DNA of 64,000 nucleotides from Escherichia coli (GCF_003790525.1 NZ_CP033635.1), one strand, 5' to 3'; positions 10,980 to 21,324 are shown, counted from the stretch's first letter. Notes: generated by a model from the sequence alone, not told the origin. Numbers and translations: made by a program.

Positions 10980-11306
10980 ATGATGAAAAGAACATTACTT
11001 CTTTGTGCATTTCTTGTTGGCTTGGTAAGCAGCAATGTAATGGCATTGACTCTGGATGAAGCCAGAACTCAGGGGCGGGTAGGTGAAACATTTTATGGTT
11101 ATCTGGTTGCGCTGAAAACGGATGCTGAAACAGAGAAATTAGTAACCGACATTAATGCCGAACGTAAAGCGAGTTACCAACAACTGGCAAAGCAAAATAA
11201 TGTGTCGGTAGATGATATCGCGAGACTGGCGGGGCAAAAGCTCGTATCTCGCGCTAAATCAGGAGAATATGTGCAGGGCATTAACGGAAAATGGTTACAG
11301 AAATAA
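10980..11306 (+). CDS. ydbL: periplasmic protein YdbL (DUF1318)
   Basis: ORF track 10902..11306; internal start MMKRTLLLCAFLVGLVSSNVMA (signal peptide) gives 108 aa, 4 nt after the ynbE stop. Confidence 0.8.
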   Translation: MMKRTLLLCAFLVGLVSSNVMALTLDEARTQGRVGETFYGYLVALKTDAETEKLVTDINAERKASYQQLAKQNNVSVDDIARLAGQKLVSRAKSGEYVQGINGKWLQK

Positions 11307-11763
11307 GAACGTCTGCCCCGCTTGTTGCGGGTATAGTTCTCTACTACACGACTTCTTTCATCGCAGCCTGGTAGATTCGAACAATTCACACAGGAGGCAA
11401 CAATGAGCTACAAAATAGAATTTCTGCGTTTATTATCGGTTCAAGTAAAATAATAAGAATTGATATTTCGAATATGTGTGAATTTACGGAATTGGGTGGT
11501 GAAAGCAACCTGCCATCCATTTTACTGTTCGTGTAAAATTTGTTAGAAGAAATAATTTAATGTAATGTAACGAGCGACCTGATTAATAAAATAAAACATT
11601 CATCTGGGTTATATATTAAAGTTATTTGATGATGAATTGAATTGTCATGAATTGCTAAATAAAGCTTCTTAAATAATATATAATCATGACCACTCTTCGT
11701 TTATGACGTTTCTGTTACACCCATTTTACTGTTTAAACTGTCTCTGATTGAGAGGGATTTCTC

Positions 11764-14700
11764 ATGCAAAAGAAAACGTTATTATCCGCCTGTATCGCGC
11801 TGGCTTTAAGCGGATCGGGCTGGGCTGCTGACATTGATGATACAGATAGTGCAACTCGTCAGCGTAAGGAGACAAGGATACCCTGTCCGACCGCTCACTC
11901 CTCTGAAAAACTAAGTCCGCAACAACTAAAATCGCTCCCGTCTGAATGTTCTACAACCAATGACAACAACCTCTATTCCTTGATTGCCGTTGGCGCTACT
12001 TCACTAATCACCACTCTTGCAGTCCTTGAACTAAACCACGATGACGGTAACCACGCTCATTCCTCTGACAATCCTCCAGTACCGCCTGATGACGATAATG
12101 GCGGCAACACACCGGACGATGGCGGCAATACCCCTGACGATGGTGGGAATACTCCTGACGATGGCGGCAACACACCGGATGATGGTGGCAACACACCGGA
12201 TGATGGTGGCAACACACCGGATGATGGTGGCAACACACCGGACGATGGCGGCAATACCCCTGACGATGGTGGGAATACTCCTGACGATGGCGGCAATACT
12301 CCTGACGATGGCGGCAACACACCGGACGATGGCGGCAATACCCCTGACGATGGCGGCAATACCCCTGACGATGGTGGGAATACTCCTGACGATGGCGGCA
12401 ACACACCGGATGATGGTGGCAATACCCCAGACGATGGCGGCAACGTCACCCCGCCCAAAGAGCCTAAAATCTTCAATAACAATGTCACGTTCGACGAAGA
12501 TAAAGGCACGCTGAAAATTCGTAACGCCACCTTTACCTACAGCAAAAACACCGATGGAACTTATACCCTGACGGCTGGAGATGGCCGGACCACTGTTGTA
12601 CAAGGCTGGGATGTCGACACGGCTGCCAATACTGTAGAAATTACTGGCGTGAATACCCAGGGCGGTATGACGTGGCGTTACGGTAAAGACGGCATTATCT
12701 ATATCACTAAAACCGTCGGCGCAACGGTGGATGACCCCGCGAGCAGCAACGTATTTAACCTCAGCGATGCGGTGCTCACTGACCAGGGCGGTAATGCCGC
12801 GCTGAATGGCGCAACGGTGATTGAAATTAACGGCAGCAGGATCGTCCTTAATAACGACGGTGACATTTCTGCTACGGGAAAAGATTCTGTGGTTGTGGCG
12901 ATGACCGGAAACGACATTACCGTTAACAATAACGGCCATATGGTTGTCGATGGCGGCACCGCGGGCGTGGTTAACGGCGATCGTGCGATCCTGAATAACC
13001 GTGGTGATGCGGTGATCACTAACGGGGGCGCGGGTGTCATTGTGACGGGCGACAACGCGGTCATCAACAACACGGGGCAAAGCGATATTGATGGCGACAA
13101 CTCGGTATCGGTAAAAGTCGCAGGAAACGCAACCAGAATCAAAATGGAAGGCGGGCTCAACGTCAGCGGTGGCGCGCATGGCATTGATGCCACCGGTGAC
13201 AATAACGAAGTCAGCAACAAGGGCAACATTTCGGTGGTGGATGCGCATTCCACGGGCGTGCTGCTGAACGGCGATCGCGCGTCATTCGTTAATATGGGTG
13301 ATATTAACGTTAGCGGAGGTGCAGCGGACGATCACGCTATTGGTGTGCAGATTAACGGCGATAACAGTACCTTTATCAACGTTGGAGATTTAAATGCCGA
13401 CGACAGGGCGACCGGGGTGAAAATTACCGGTGACGCCAGCGACATTGCCCTGGCCGGGGCGATGCATGTCGGGGATTTTGCCTCCGGGCTGGAGGTGACA
13501 GGTAAGAACAATGACCTGTCGTTGTCCACCAATATGATGGATGTCACCGGGAAACAGTCCACCGGGGTGACCATTACAGGTGATGAAAATACCATTGATA
13601 TCACCGGTGATATGGTCGTTGATCAAAACTCTGTCGGGACGAAGATTGTTGGTGATCGCGTTTCGTTGCAACAGAAAGGTGATATTACCGTTAACGGTGC
13701 GGGGCACGGCGTTGAAGTCAGCGGTAGTAAGGCGACAATCAATAATCAGGGCAAACTGACCGTAAAAGATCAAGACTCAATCGGTATCGCTATCACCGGG
13801 GATGACGCGCAATTTACCACCGTGGGTGAGATTGATGTCTCGCTGAATGGTACGGGTGTTGCGATCAGCGGCGATCGTGAACAAGTGAATTTGAGCGGTG
13901 ATATAAATATCATTCAGGAGCGTGACGACAGCGGTACTTTCCAGGGCGGGACGGGCATCAGCATAATGAGCAACGACAGCAGCATGCTGTTGGCGGGAAA
14001 CATTAATGTGACGTCCAGCATAGGGGACCAACCGTCCACCTCACACCTGTCGTTAACCGGCGTTACCATCGGGGGGGAAAACAATACTGTCGATCTGCAA
14101 GGCGACGTCAATATTACTGTCGATTCGGGTTACCCGGGGGATGAAAACAGTCTTTACGGCGTGGTGGTTTCGGGGTCAAATAACATCATCAGCCTCGATG
14201 GTGGTATCAATATTTCCGGCGATAGTGGCGGACATGTTGTCAAAGGCGTGCAGGTAACCGGGAATAATACCGTCAATATTAGTGGTCATTCCGTAATGAA
14301 TACCCGACAGGTATTGGGAGCCTTCTCTTTGATTTCGGTGGCTGATGGCGGGAATGTCGTATTTGATGAAAATGCGATAACCGAGATCCAAAGTTCAGTG
14401 AGAAATACTACTGCCCCTCTATTTGTTGATTCATCGTTAATTGTTGCTAAGGGAAATCAGTCTGTTATTCAGAACAAAGGCATTATTAACACAACCGATG
14501 CCCAGGGATTAATGATGGCGAATTCGGGGGCGAAGGTTGTCAATGCCGGGGTGATTAATATCAGGCCAGATGCTGAATCACACAGTTTCTTTGCTGGAAT
14601 GCTGGCAAGAGGCGATGACTCGCAGGCAAAAAATGTCTCCGGAGGGACAATCAATCTGACATCCATTACCCAGCCTTCTTACGGCGGAGGATTTAGTGAA

Positions 14701-17700
14701 TACCCGGTGAAATGGTATTTCAACACGGGCTATGCATTGCTGGCCAGTAATTACGGTTCGGTAATTAATGAAGCGGGAGCGACCATTAATTTGCATGGGG
14801 CAGGAACCTATGGTGTTTCCGCGTCAAAAGGAACGGCGACCAATGCGGGCGAGATAAATGTCGACGGCTTTGTACCAACAGTAGATGAAAACGGTAATAT
14901 TAGTGATGAAACTTACTGGCAGACCAATTCCGTATATCTGATGGGCGGCGGGATGTTGGCCGGTTCAACGGATACCGGCAACGGTGATGCAAAAGCGGTG
15001 AATACCGGTACCATCAACGTTAAGAATGAAGGCTTCGGCATGCTGGCAATGAGCGGCGGGACCGTTGTAAACCAGGGGACAATTAATCTCACTGCCGATG
15101 AGGGCGTGACGAAACAGCAAGATAACCAACTGTTCGCGCTGGGTGCAATTCAACGTGGTCTGGCGATTAATGACCAGAATGGGGTTATTAATATTAACAC
15201 TGATATTGGCCAGGCGTTTTATAAAGATAGCACCGGCACCATTCTCAACTACGGCAAAATTAATCTTTTCGGTAATCCAATGGATGAAAGTGATTCCCAT
15301 ATGGGCGTTGCGCCGGATGACAAAGATGTTCTCAGTGAGCTGTCTGGTAGCGGCGAGAGCATCAGCAAAACCACAACTGCCGACGGTTTTATCGCCGTAA
15401 ATGACCTGGCAAACTATGGCGACGAAACGCTTAATGGCGACGTTACAGCAAACGGCTGGATATTCAACCAACCTGATGCCAGCCTGACAATCAACGGCGA
15501 ACTGAGCGTAAACCAGGGGTTGGAAAACAGTGGTCACCTGACAACCGATCTGCTGACGTTGAATGGCGCGGTTTCCTTCTTTAATGAAGGCGAATTTAGT
15601 GGTTCAATTACCGGAAACAGCTATCAACAGAATGTGGTGAATACCGGTGAAATGACGGTGACCGAAGATGGCCACTCACTTGTCAACGGAAGTTTCCTGT
15701 TCTTCAATGAAGCTGGCGCGACCCTGACAAATAGCGGTAATGCGGTAACGGGCGGGGAAAACGCGATTATTCATGTAACCAGAACCGGTGATTCTGTTTC
15801 GCAGGTTAACCGTGGCACCATCACGGCCATAAATGGCTATAGCGCAATCAAAACTGAAAATACTGGCTCGTACAGTAACGGGAAATGGATTTGGAATACG
15901 GAAACGGGAGTGATAAATGGTATTAATCCTGCGGCTCCGTTGGTTGATTTAGGACGAGGTTATAATTTTTCTAACGCTGGCGTTATTAATGTTCAGGGCG
16001 ATAATGCGGTGGGCATCAGTGGCGGCATAACCAGCTATACTGTCAAGTTGGTGAACAGTGGCACCATTAATGTGGGTACTGAACAGGGGCAACTGGATGG
16101 AACCAACGGCGAAGGCTTAATTGGTATTAAGGGCAATGGTAAGGACACGACAATTAATAACACGCAAACGGGTGTGATTAATGTCTATGCCGATAACTCC
16201 TGGGCGTTTGGTGGGCAAACGAAAGCCATCATTAATAACGGTGAAATTAATTTGCTGTGTGACACCGGATGCGATATTTATGCTCCTGGAACGACGGGTA
16301 CGAAAAACGATCACAACGGTACTGCGGATATCACCGTACCAGAGGCATCAACCACGCCGTCACAAGGTAATGTTCCAACGCCGCCTGCCGATTCAAACGC
16401 ACCGCAACTGCTGAGCAACTATACCATCGGTACCAACAGCGACGGGAGTTCGGGTACGCTCAGCGCGAATAATCTGGTTATTGGCGACAACGTGAGTGTT
16501 AACGCCGGGTTTAGTGCCGGAACAGCGGACACCACCGTTGTCGTTAACGATGTATTCAAAGGCGAAAACATCAGCGGTGTAGATAACATTGTTTCCTCTA
16601 CGGTCGTCTGGACTGCCAAAGGCAGTACCGACGCCAGCGGCAACGTTGACGTGACCATGAGCAAAAACGCCTACACCGATGTAGCGACCGATGGCTCAGT
16701 GAGTGACGTGGCGAAGGCACTTGATGCGGGTTATACCAACAACGAGCTGTACACCAGTCTGAACGTGGGCACCACCGCCGAACTGAACAGCGCGCTGAAA
16801 CAAATCAGTGGTAGCCAGGCGACCACCGTATTCCGTGAGGCGCGCGTGTTAAGCAACCGCTTCAGCATGCTGGCGGATGCAGCGCCGAAGATGGGCAACG
16901 GTCTGGCGTTCAACGTGGTGGCGAAAGGTGATCCGCGTGCCGAACTGGGTAACAATACCGAGTACGACATGCTGGCGCTGCGTAAAACAGTTGACCTGAG
17001 CGAAAGCCAGACCATGAGCCTGGAATACGGTATCGCGCGTCTGGATGGTGACGGTGCGCAAAAAGCAGGCGACAACGGAGTAACCGGCGGCTACAGCCAG
17101 TTCTTTGGACTGAAACATCAGATGTCCTTCGACAATGGCATGAACTGGAATAACGCGCTGCGTTACGATATTCATCAACTGGACAGCAGCCGCTCGGTGG
17201 CTTACGGCGACGTGAGCAAAACGGCGGATACCAACGTGAAACAGCAGTACCTGGAGTTCCGTAGCGAAGGGGCGAAAACCTTTGAACCGCGCGAAGGGCT
17301 GAAAATCACCCCGTATGCCGGTGTGAAACTGCGTCACACGCTGGAGGGCGGCTATCAGGAACGCAATGCCGGAGACTTCAACCTGAGCATGAACAGTGGC
17401 AGCGAAACGGCGGTGGACAGCATCGTCGGGCTGAAACTGGACTACGCAGGCAAAGACGGCTGGAGTGCGAACGCCACTCTGGAAGGTGGGCCGAACCTGA
17501 GCTACGCGAAGAGCCAGCGCACGGCAAGCCTGGCAGGCGCAGGCAGCCAGCACTTTAATGTCGATGATGGACAGAAGGGCGGCAGTATCAACAGCCTGGC
17601 AAGCGTCGGCGTGAAGTACAGCAGCAAAGAGAGCTCGCTGAATCTGGATGCCTATCACTGGAAAGAAGACGGCGTCAGCGATAAAGGCGTGATGCTCAAT

Positions 17701-17718
17701 TTCAAGAAAACGTTCTAA
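11764..17718 (+). CDS. ydbA: AIDA-I-type autotransporter adhesin, intact
   Basis: 1984-aa ORF: signal peptide, PDDGGNT heptad array, long Gly/Asn/Thr-rich passenger, C-terminal beta-barrel-like domain ending NFKKTF. Confidence 0.88.
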   Translation: MQKKTLLSACIALALSGSGWAADIDDTDSATRQRKETRIPCPTAHSSEKLSPQQLKSLPSECSTTNDNNLYSLIAVGATSLITTLAVLELNHDDGNHAHSSDNPPVPPDDDNGGNTPDDGGNTPDDGGNTPDDGGNTPDDGGNTPDDGGNTPDDGGNTPDDGGNTPDDGGNTPDDGGNTPDDGGNTPDDGGNTPDDGGNTPDDGGNTPDDGGNTPDDGGNTPDDGGNVTPPKEPKIFNNNVTFDEDKGTLKIRNATFTYSKNTDGTYTLTAGDGRTTVVQGWDVDTAANTVEITGVNTQGGMTWRYGKDGIIYITKTVGATVDDPASSNVFNLSDAVLTDQGGNAALNGATVIEINGSRIVLNNDGDISATGKDSVVVAMTGNDITVNNNGHMVVDGGTAGVVNGDRAILNNRGDAVITNGGAGVIVTGDNAVINNTGQSDIDGDNSVSVKVAGNATRIKMEGGLNVSGGAHGIDATGDNNEVSNKGNISVVDAHSTGVLLNGDRASFVNMGDINVSGGAADDHAIGVQINGDNSTFINVGDLNADDRATGVKITGDASDIALAGAMHVGDFASGLEVTGKNNDLSLSTNMMDVTGKQSTGVTITGDENTIDITGDMVVDQNSVGTKIVGDRVSLQQKGDITVNGAGHGVEVSGSKATINNQGKLTVKDQDSIGIAITGDDAQFTTVGEIDVSLNGTGVAISGDREQVNLSGDINIIQERDDSGTFQGGTGISIMSNDSSMLLAGNINVTSSIGDQPSTSHLSLTGVTIGGENNTVDLQGDVNITVDSGYPGDENSLYGVVVSGSNNIISLDGGINISGDSGGHVVKGVQVTGNNTVNISGHSVMNTRQVLGAFSLISVADGGNVVFDENAITEIQSSVRNTTAPLFVDSSLIVAKGNQSVIQNKGIINTTDAQGLMMANSGAKVVNAGVINIRPDAESHSFFAGMLARGDDSQAKNVSGGTINLTSITQPSYGGGFSEYPVKWYFNTGYALLASNYGSVINEAGATINLHGAGTYGVSASKGTATNAGEINVDGFVPTVDENGNISDETYWQTNSVYLMGGGMLAGSTDTGNGDAKAVNTGTINVKNEGFGMLAMSGGTVVNQGTINLTADEGVTKQQDNQLFALGAIQRGLAINDQNGVININTDIGQAFYKDSTGTILNYGKINLFGNPMDESDSHMGVAPDDKDVLSELSGSGESISKTTTADGFIAVNDLANYGDETLNGDVTANGWIFNQPDASLTINGELSVNQGLENSGHLTTDLLTLNGAVSFFNEGEFSGSITGNSYQQNVVNTGEMTVTEDGHSLVNGSFLFFNEAGATLTNSGNAVTGGENAIIHVTRTGDSVSQVNRGTITAINGYSAIKTENTGSYSNGKWIWNTETGVINGINPAAPLVDLGRGYNFSNAGVINVQGDNAVGISGGITSYTVKLVNSGTINVGTEQGQLDGTNGEGLIGIKGNGKDTTINNTQTGVINVYADNSWAFGGQTKAIINNGEINLLCDTGCDIYAPGTTGTKNDHNGTADITVPEASTTPSQGNVPTPPADSNAPQLLSNYTIGTNSDGSSGTLSANNLVIGDNVSVNAGFSAGTADTTVVVNDVFKGENISGVDNIVSSTVVWTAKGSTDASGNVDVTMSKNAYTDVATDGSVSDVAKALDAGYTNNELYTSLNVGTTAELNSALKQISGSQATTVFREARVLSNRFSMLADAAPKMGNGLAFNVVAKGDPRAELGNNTEYDMLALRKTVDLSESQTMSLEYGIARLDGDGAQKAGDNGVTGGYSQFFGLKHQMSFDNGMNWNNALRYDIHQLDSSRSVAYGDVSKTADTNVKQQYLEFRSEGAKTFEPREGLKITPYAGVKLRHTLEGGYQERNAGDFNLSMNSGSETAVDSIVGLKLDYAGKDGWSANATLEGGPNLSYAKSQRTASLAGAGSQHFNVDDGQKGGSINSLASVGVKYSSKESSLNLDAYHWKEDGVSDKGVMLNFKKTF
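12085..12447 (+). repeat. in-frame tandem array of 21-bp units (1 degenerate 27-nt unit, 15 PDDGGNT, 1 PDDGGNV) inside ydbA
   Basis: Direct reading of codons cc(g/t) ga(c/t) ga(t/c) gg(c/t) gg(c/g) aa(t/c) ac(c/a/t) repeated head-to-tail; units differ only at synonymous positions. Confidence 0.95.
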
Positions 17719-17737
17719 TTTTTAGTATGTGATGCAT

Positions 17738-17771
17738 AAACCGCAACGCTGATACAGGTTGCGGTTTTTTA
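17738..17771 (+). terminator. intrinsic terminator of ydbA
   Basis: aaccgcaac...gttgcggtt hairpin followed by TTTTTT, 20 nt after the ydbA stop. Confidence 0.8.
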
Positions 17772-17925
17772 TTGCCGGATGCGGCGCTTGACGCGTTTTG
17801 TTTTGGTGTCTTCCAGGACAATAGAGCAACTCATCCAGTAATCTTGTTTACGCCTTCGCATTATTTATCTCTTTTCGTTTCTATACTGATTTTTCTTAAT
17901 CCGTTTTATTACAGGGCAGGGTGCG

Positions 17926-18786
17926 ATGAGCAGCAATACATTTACTCTCGGTACAAAATCCGTTAACCGTCTTGGTTATGGCGCGATGCAACTGGCAGGT
18001 CCTGGGGTTTTTGGCCCCCCAAGAGATCGCCACGTCGCTATAACTGTGCTGCGCGAGGCGCTGGCATTGGGCGTCAATCACATTGATACCAGCGACTTTT
18101 ATGGTCCGCACGTCACCAATCAGATTATCCGCGAAGCGCTTTATCCTTACTCTGACGACCTGACAATTGTCACTAAAATTGGTGCGCGGCGTGGAGAGGA
18201 CGCTTCCTGGTTGCCCGCCTTTTCTCCGGCAGAGTTGCAAAAAGCGGTGCACGATAATCTACGTAATCTCGGCCTGGACGTACTGGATGTGGTTAACCTG
18301 CGCGTTATGATGGGGGATGGTCATGGCCCAGCGGAAGGATCGATTGAGGCCAGCCTGACCGTGCTGGCAGAGATGCAACAACAAGGCCTGGTAAAACATA
18401 TTGGCCTGAGCAACGTCACACCGACGCAGGTTGCAGAGGCGCGCAAGATTGCCGAAATTGTCTGTGTGCAAAACGAATACAACATCGCGCACCGTGCTGA
18501 TGATGCAATGATTGATGCTTTGGCCCACGATGGCATTGCCTACGTGCCGTTCTTCCCGCTCGGGGGCTTTACACCGCTGCAATCCTCTACGCTGTCGGAT
18601 GTTGCTGCGAGCCTGGGTGCAACACCCATGCAGGTGGCGCTGGCGTGGCTGTTACAACGTTCACCGAATATTTTGCTGATCCCAGGGACGTCTTCTGTTG
18701 CGCATTTACGGGAGAATATGGCTGCTGAAAAATTGCATCTTTCTGAGGAAGTGTTGTCTACGTTGGATGGTATTTCGCGAGAATAA
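17926..18786 (+). CDS. ydbC: aldo-keto reductase family oxidoreductase
   Basis: 286-aa ORF; AKR-type sequence (GYGAMQLAG, HIDTSDFYG). Confidence 0.88.
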   Translation: MSSNTFTLGTKSVNRLGYGAMQLAGPGVFGPPRDRHVAITVLREALALGVNHIDTSDFYGPHVTNQIIREALYPYSDDLTIVTKIGARRGEDASWLPAFSPAELQKAVHDNLRNLGLDVLDVVNLRVMMGDGHGPAEGSIEASLTVLAEMQQQGLVKHIGLSNVTPTQVAEARKIAEIVCVQNEYNIAHRADDAMIDALAHDGIAYVPFFPLGGFTPLQSSTLSDVAASLGATPMQVALAWLLQRSPNILLIPGTSSVAHLRENMAAEKLHLSEEVLSTLDGISRE

Positions 18787-18796
18787 CGAATATACA

Positions 18797-18832
18797 AAAG
18801 GGAAAGATGCATTTCCCTTTTGTTTCTTTTTT
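18797..18832 (+). terminator. intrinsic terminator after ydbC
   Basis: aaagggaaa gatgc atttcccttt hairpin followed by a T-rich run. Confidence 0.7.
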
Positions 18833-18843
18833 AATGGCATGGA

Positions 18844-21155
18844 GTGCATATGTTTAAGCCCAGGATTTGCAGCTGGATAGGTTTACTTCCCCTGTTTATG
18901 CTGAGTCTTCCAGTACAGGCGGACCTTCGATGTGTTGCAAATGCAGTTGATATTGAACCATTTTTTTCTGCGGCTACCGCTGAAGATAAACAACAAGTTG
19001 AACAAGCTATCAACAGTAGCGTGAATCTTGTCCCCTTCGGTTTATCTGCATCGGACTGGAAAGTGCATCGTGGCGATTTAGTGGTAGACGGTAATATAGA
19101 GAGTAATCAAAAATTGATTGTTCTTGGCAATTTGACAGTCAAAGGTAATATTTCCACTTTCTCTCTTTCTAATCCATGGGTTATTCTCGGTGATGTGACG
19201 GCAACGAATATAGTTACGGATTCACCACTGTTAATTACCGGTTCGATAAATGCAAGTGGACTGGTATTTATCGACTCATATTACGATAATCCGTCTACGA
19301 TTAAGGGGAGTATTAATGCGCGTGGGATATTTATCAATGACATAATTGCACCTGTTGTTGCGTCTTCGACAAATAGTGAATTCATGGTCCGTACGAGTGA
19401 CAAAAATGACACTGAAAATGTCAAAAAAGCGCTGATGATAATAAATCCTGATGCATATTATTGGGATCTAATAAATGATGAAGATGCTCTGAAAGAAATT
19501 TTTAAGCGAAGCAATATTCGCATGGCAGGGAATGTCTGTAATCTGATGAAAAAGAAGCGCTGTTTCGCCCTAAGCCTTCTCCTGAGTTAGTGCAGGAATT
19601 GCAAATGCTGGATGAAGGCAACGTTGCTGCATTTGAAGGACGAGATATTGCGACATTTGATCTTGCCATAATGCGAACTCTCCCAAGGCTTAAAGGAATT
19701 TCAGCTAACCTACGCAAACAACTTATTAATAGCAATGATGGACAAACGATTGAAAGTATGGCGAGATATATGCCTGACAATGAGATTCTGGAGTTGACCG
19801 ATCAGCAATTGGGTTACCAGCCTGTTGTTCTGGGGTTGCTCGACCGTGAACCGCTCTCTGTCGAAATAATGACGCGAATGAGTCATCTACCTGATGGTGT
19901 CGGTCCGTTGAATCTTGCGCTACGTGAAAATCTCCCTCTGGATATCGTCATGACTCTGGCGAAAAGAGATTGGGATATGATCATTCAGGAGCTTTATAAA
20001 GATGCGTGGTTATTGCCCGAATCCATTATTGATGGCTATATCCGCAGTAATGATCCCACAATTCGTCAGGTCGGTGCTGGAGGACAACTCACCTACAATC
20101 AGGCAATGCAGTTGGCGAACGATTCATCAAACGATGTTGTCACAAGCTTAGCGTCAAAGCTGGCAGAGATGAAACACCATGGTCAATTGTTGCGGATGAC
20201 GCCACAAGAGAGTGACAAAATAGCAGTATATTTATACCAAAAATTCGAGAATGACGATGATCTAATAGGTGCGTTATTTTTAGCGTTGCCAGATAACTTA
20301 CAGTTTAATTTTGTTAAAAGGATGGAGAAAAAATCCCCTGCCTACTTTTGCTGTCGGGATATGCAGGTAATTCACTCTGACGCTGCTTTACAACGGTTAT
20401 TGACACGTTTCAACGATCCTGAGGGGTGGAGTAATCTGGCGAAAAATCAGTATCTGAGTACGGCGATGAAACAAAAAATTTGGCACCGCGCTTTATCGCA
20501 TCGAAAAAATAATCCGAAAGCAGATTCTGCAGCATATGAAACCAGCGCTGATATGATTTTGTCGGAGCTTATCAGCTACGGTGAAGTTGATGACCAGATG
20601 CTATTAAATGCCGCCTCTCTGATACGTTCGGAAGGCTGGGACTTTTTAGAGAGTGCATTAGTTAGTTGGGATAATTTACCCGCTGTTGTCCTCAAGGAAT
20701 TACAGCAAAATATGCCACGCAATGATATTTGGGCGAAGTTTTTTCTGAGGCAGGAAAACAGCTCTCGTGCGCAGGTTAACGAAGCGTTACGTGTTTATTA
20801 TGCACTTGACCCCGATGCTTTAGCACAACTGGATAAACTGGCAAAACAACCGGATCGTATATGGTGGAGTACGCTGGCGAAAAGCAATCTTACATTTTTC
20901 AAGTTCGGCGCACTTAACAATCGCCATACACCGTCTGCGGCACTGGCGGCAGAAATTGATCCCGAGTGGTGGATTGTGGCGATGAATAATCCCCGTTTTC
21001 CAGTTGATGTATTAAAGGCGAGGCTGAAACGTGATCCTTTGCTGGCGTTAGAGCTTGTTAAACCTGAACTGGATTTAGTCCGCCAGCTGGCGCTTAACGG
21101 TAAGACACGCGCAATACGGGAACAAGCGATGAGAAAACTTGATGAGTTGCATTGA
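18844..21155 (+). pseudogene. ydbD: ydbD homologue split into two ORFs (248 and 521 codons) by a frame change
   Basis: Track ORFs 18844..19590 and 19590..21155 are in different frames and both are open across 19542..19590; combined length about equals the 768 aa I recall for K-12 YdbD. Confidence 0.6.
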
Positions 21156-21324
21156 ATAACAGCGTTATATTTTTAACTATTTGATTAATTGGGGATAATC
21201 ATTCCTGACGGTGAGTCCCCAATACCTTGATATATTCTGAATTTTTAATGAAGCGGCGTGTTGCGATATCTCCGTCAGGGGAATTGATGCACCATAGCGC
21301 AAACCGAATTATCAAGGATTGATA

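Noticed and set aside
10678-11091. 137-aa minus-strand ORF spanning the ydbH–ynbE–ydbL junctions
   Set aside because: Antisense to three translationally coupled plus-strand genes with good signal peptides.
12085-12447. Possible CRISPR array (regular short direct repeats)
   Set aside because: Units are contiguous 21-mers with no spacers, lie in-frame inside a coding sequence, and there are no cas genes nearby.
12008-12530. Three overlapping repeat-rich ORFs on the track (PPSSGVL, CRHRQ and MAATHRT repeat proteins; 132–157 aa) on both strands
   Set aside because: They are out-of-frame or antisense readings of the ydbA 21-bp tandem repeat; the in-frame PDDGGNT reading is continuous with a 1984-codon autotransporter ORF.
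18844-21155. Programmed ribosomal frameshift in ydbD
   Set aside because: The frame change sits in a plain A5 run with no slippery heptamer plus downstream structure context that I can see; a 1-bp indel (mutation or sequencing error) is the simpler explanation.
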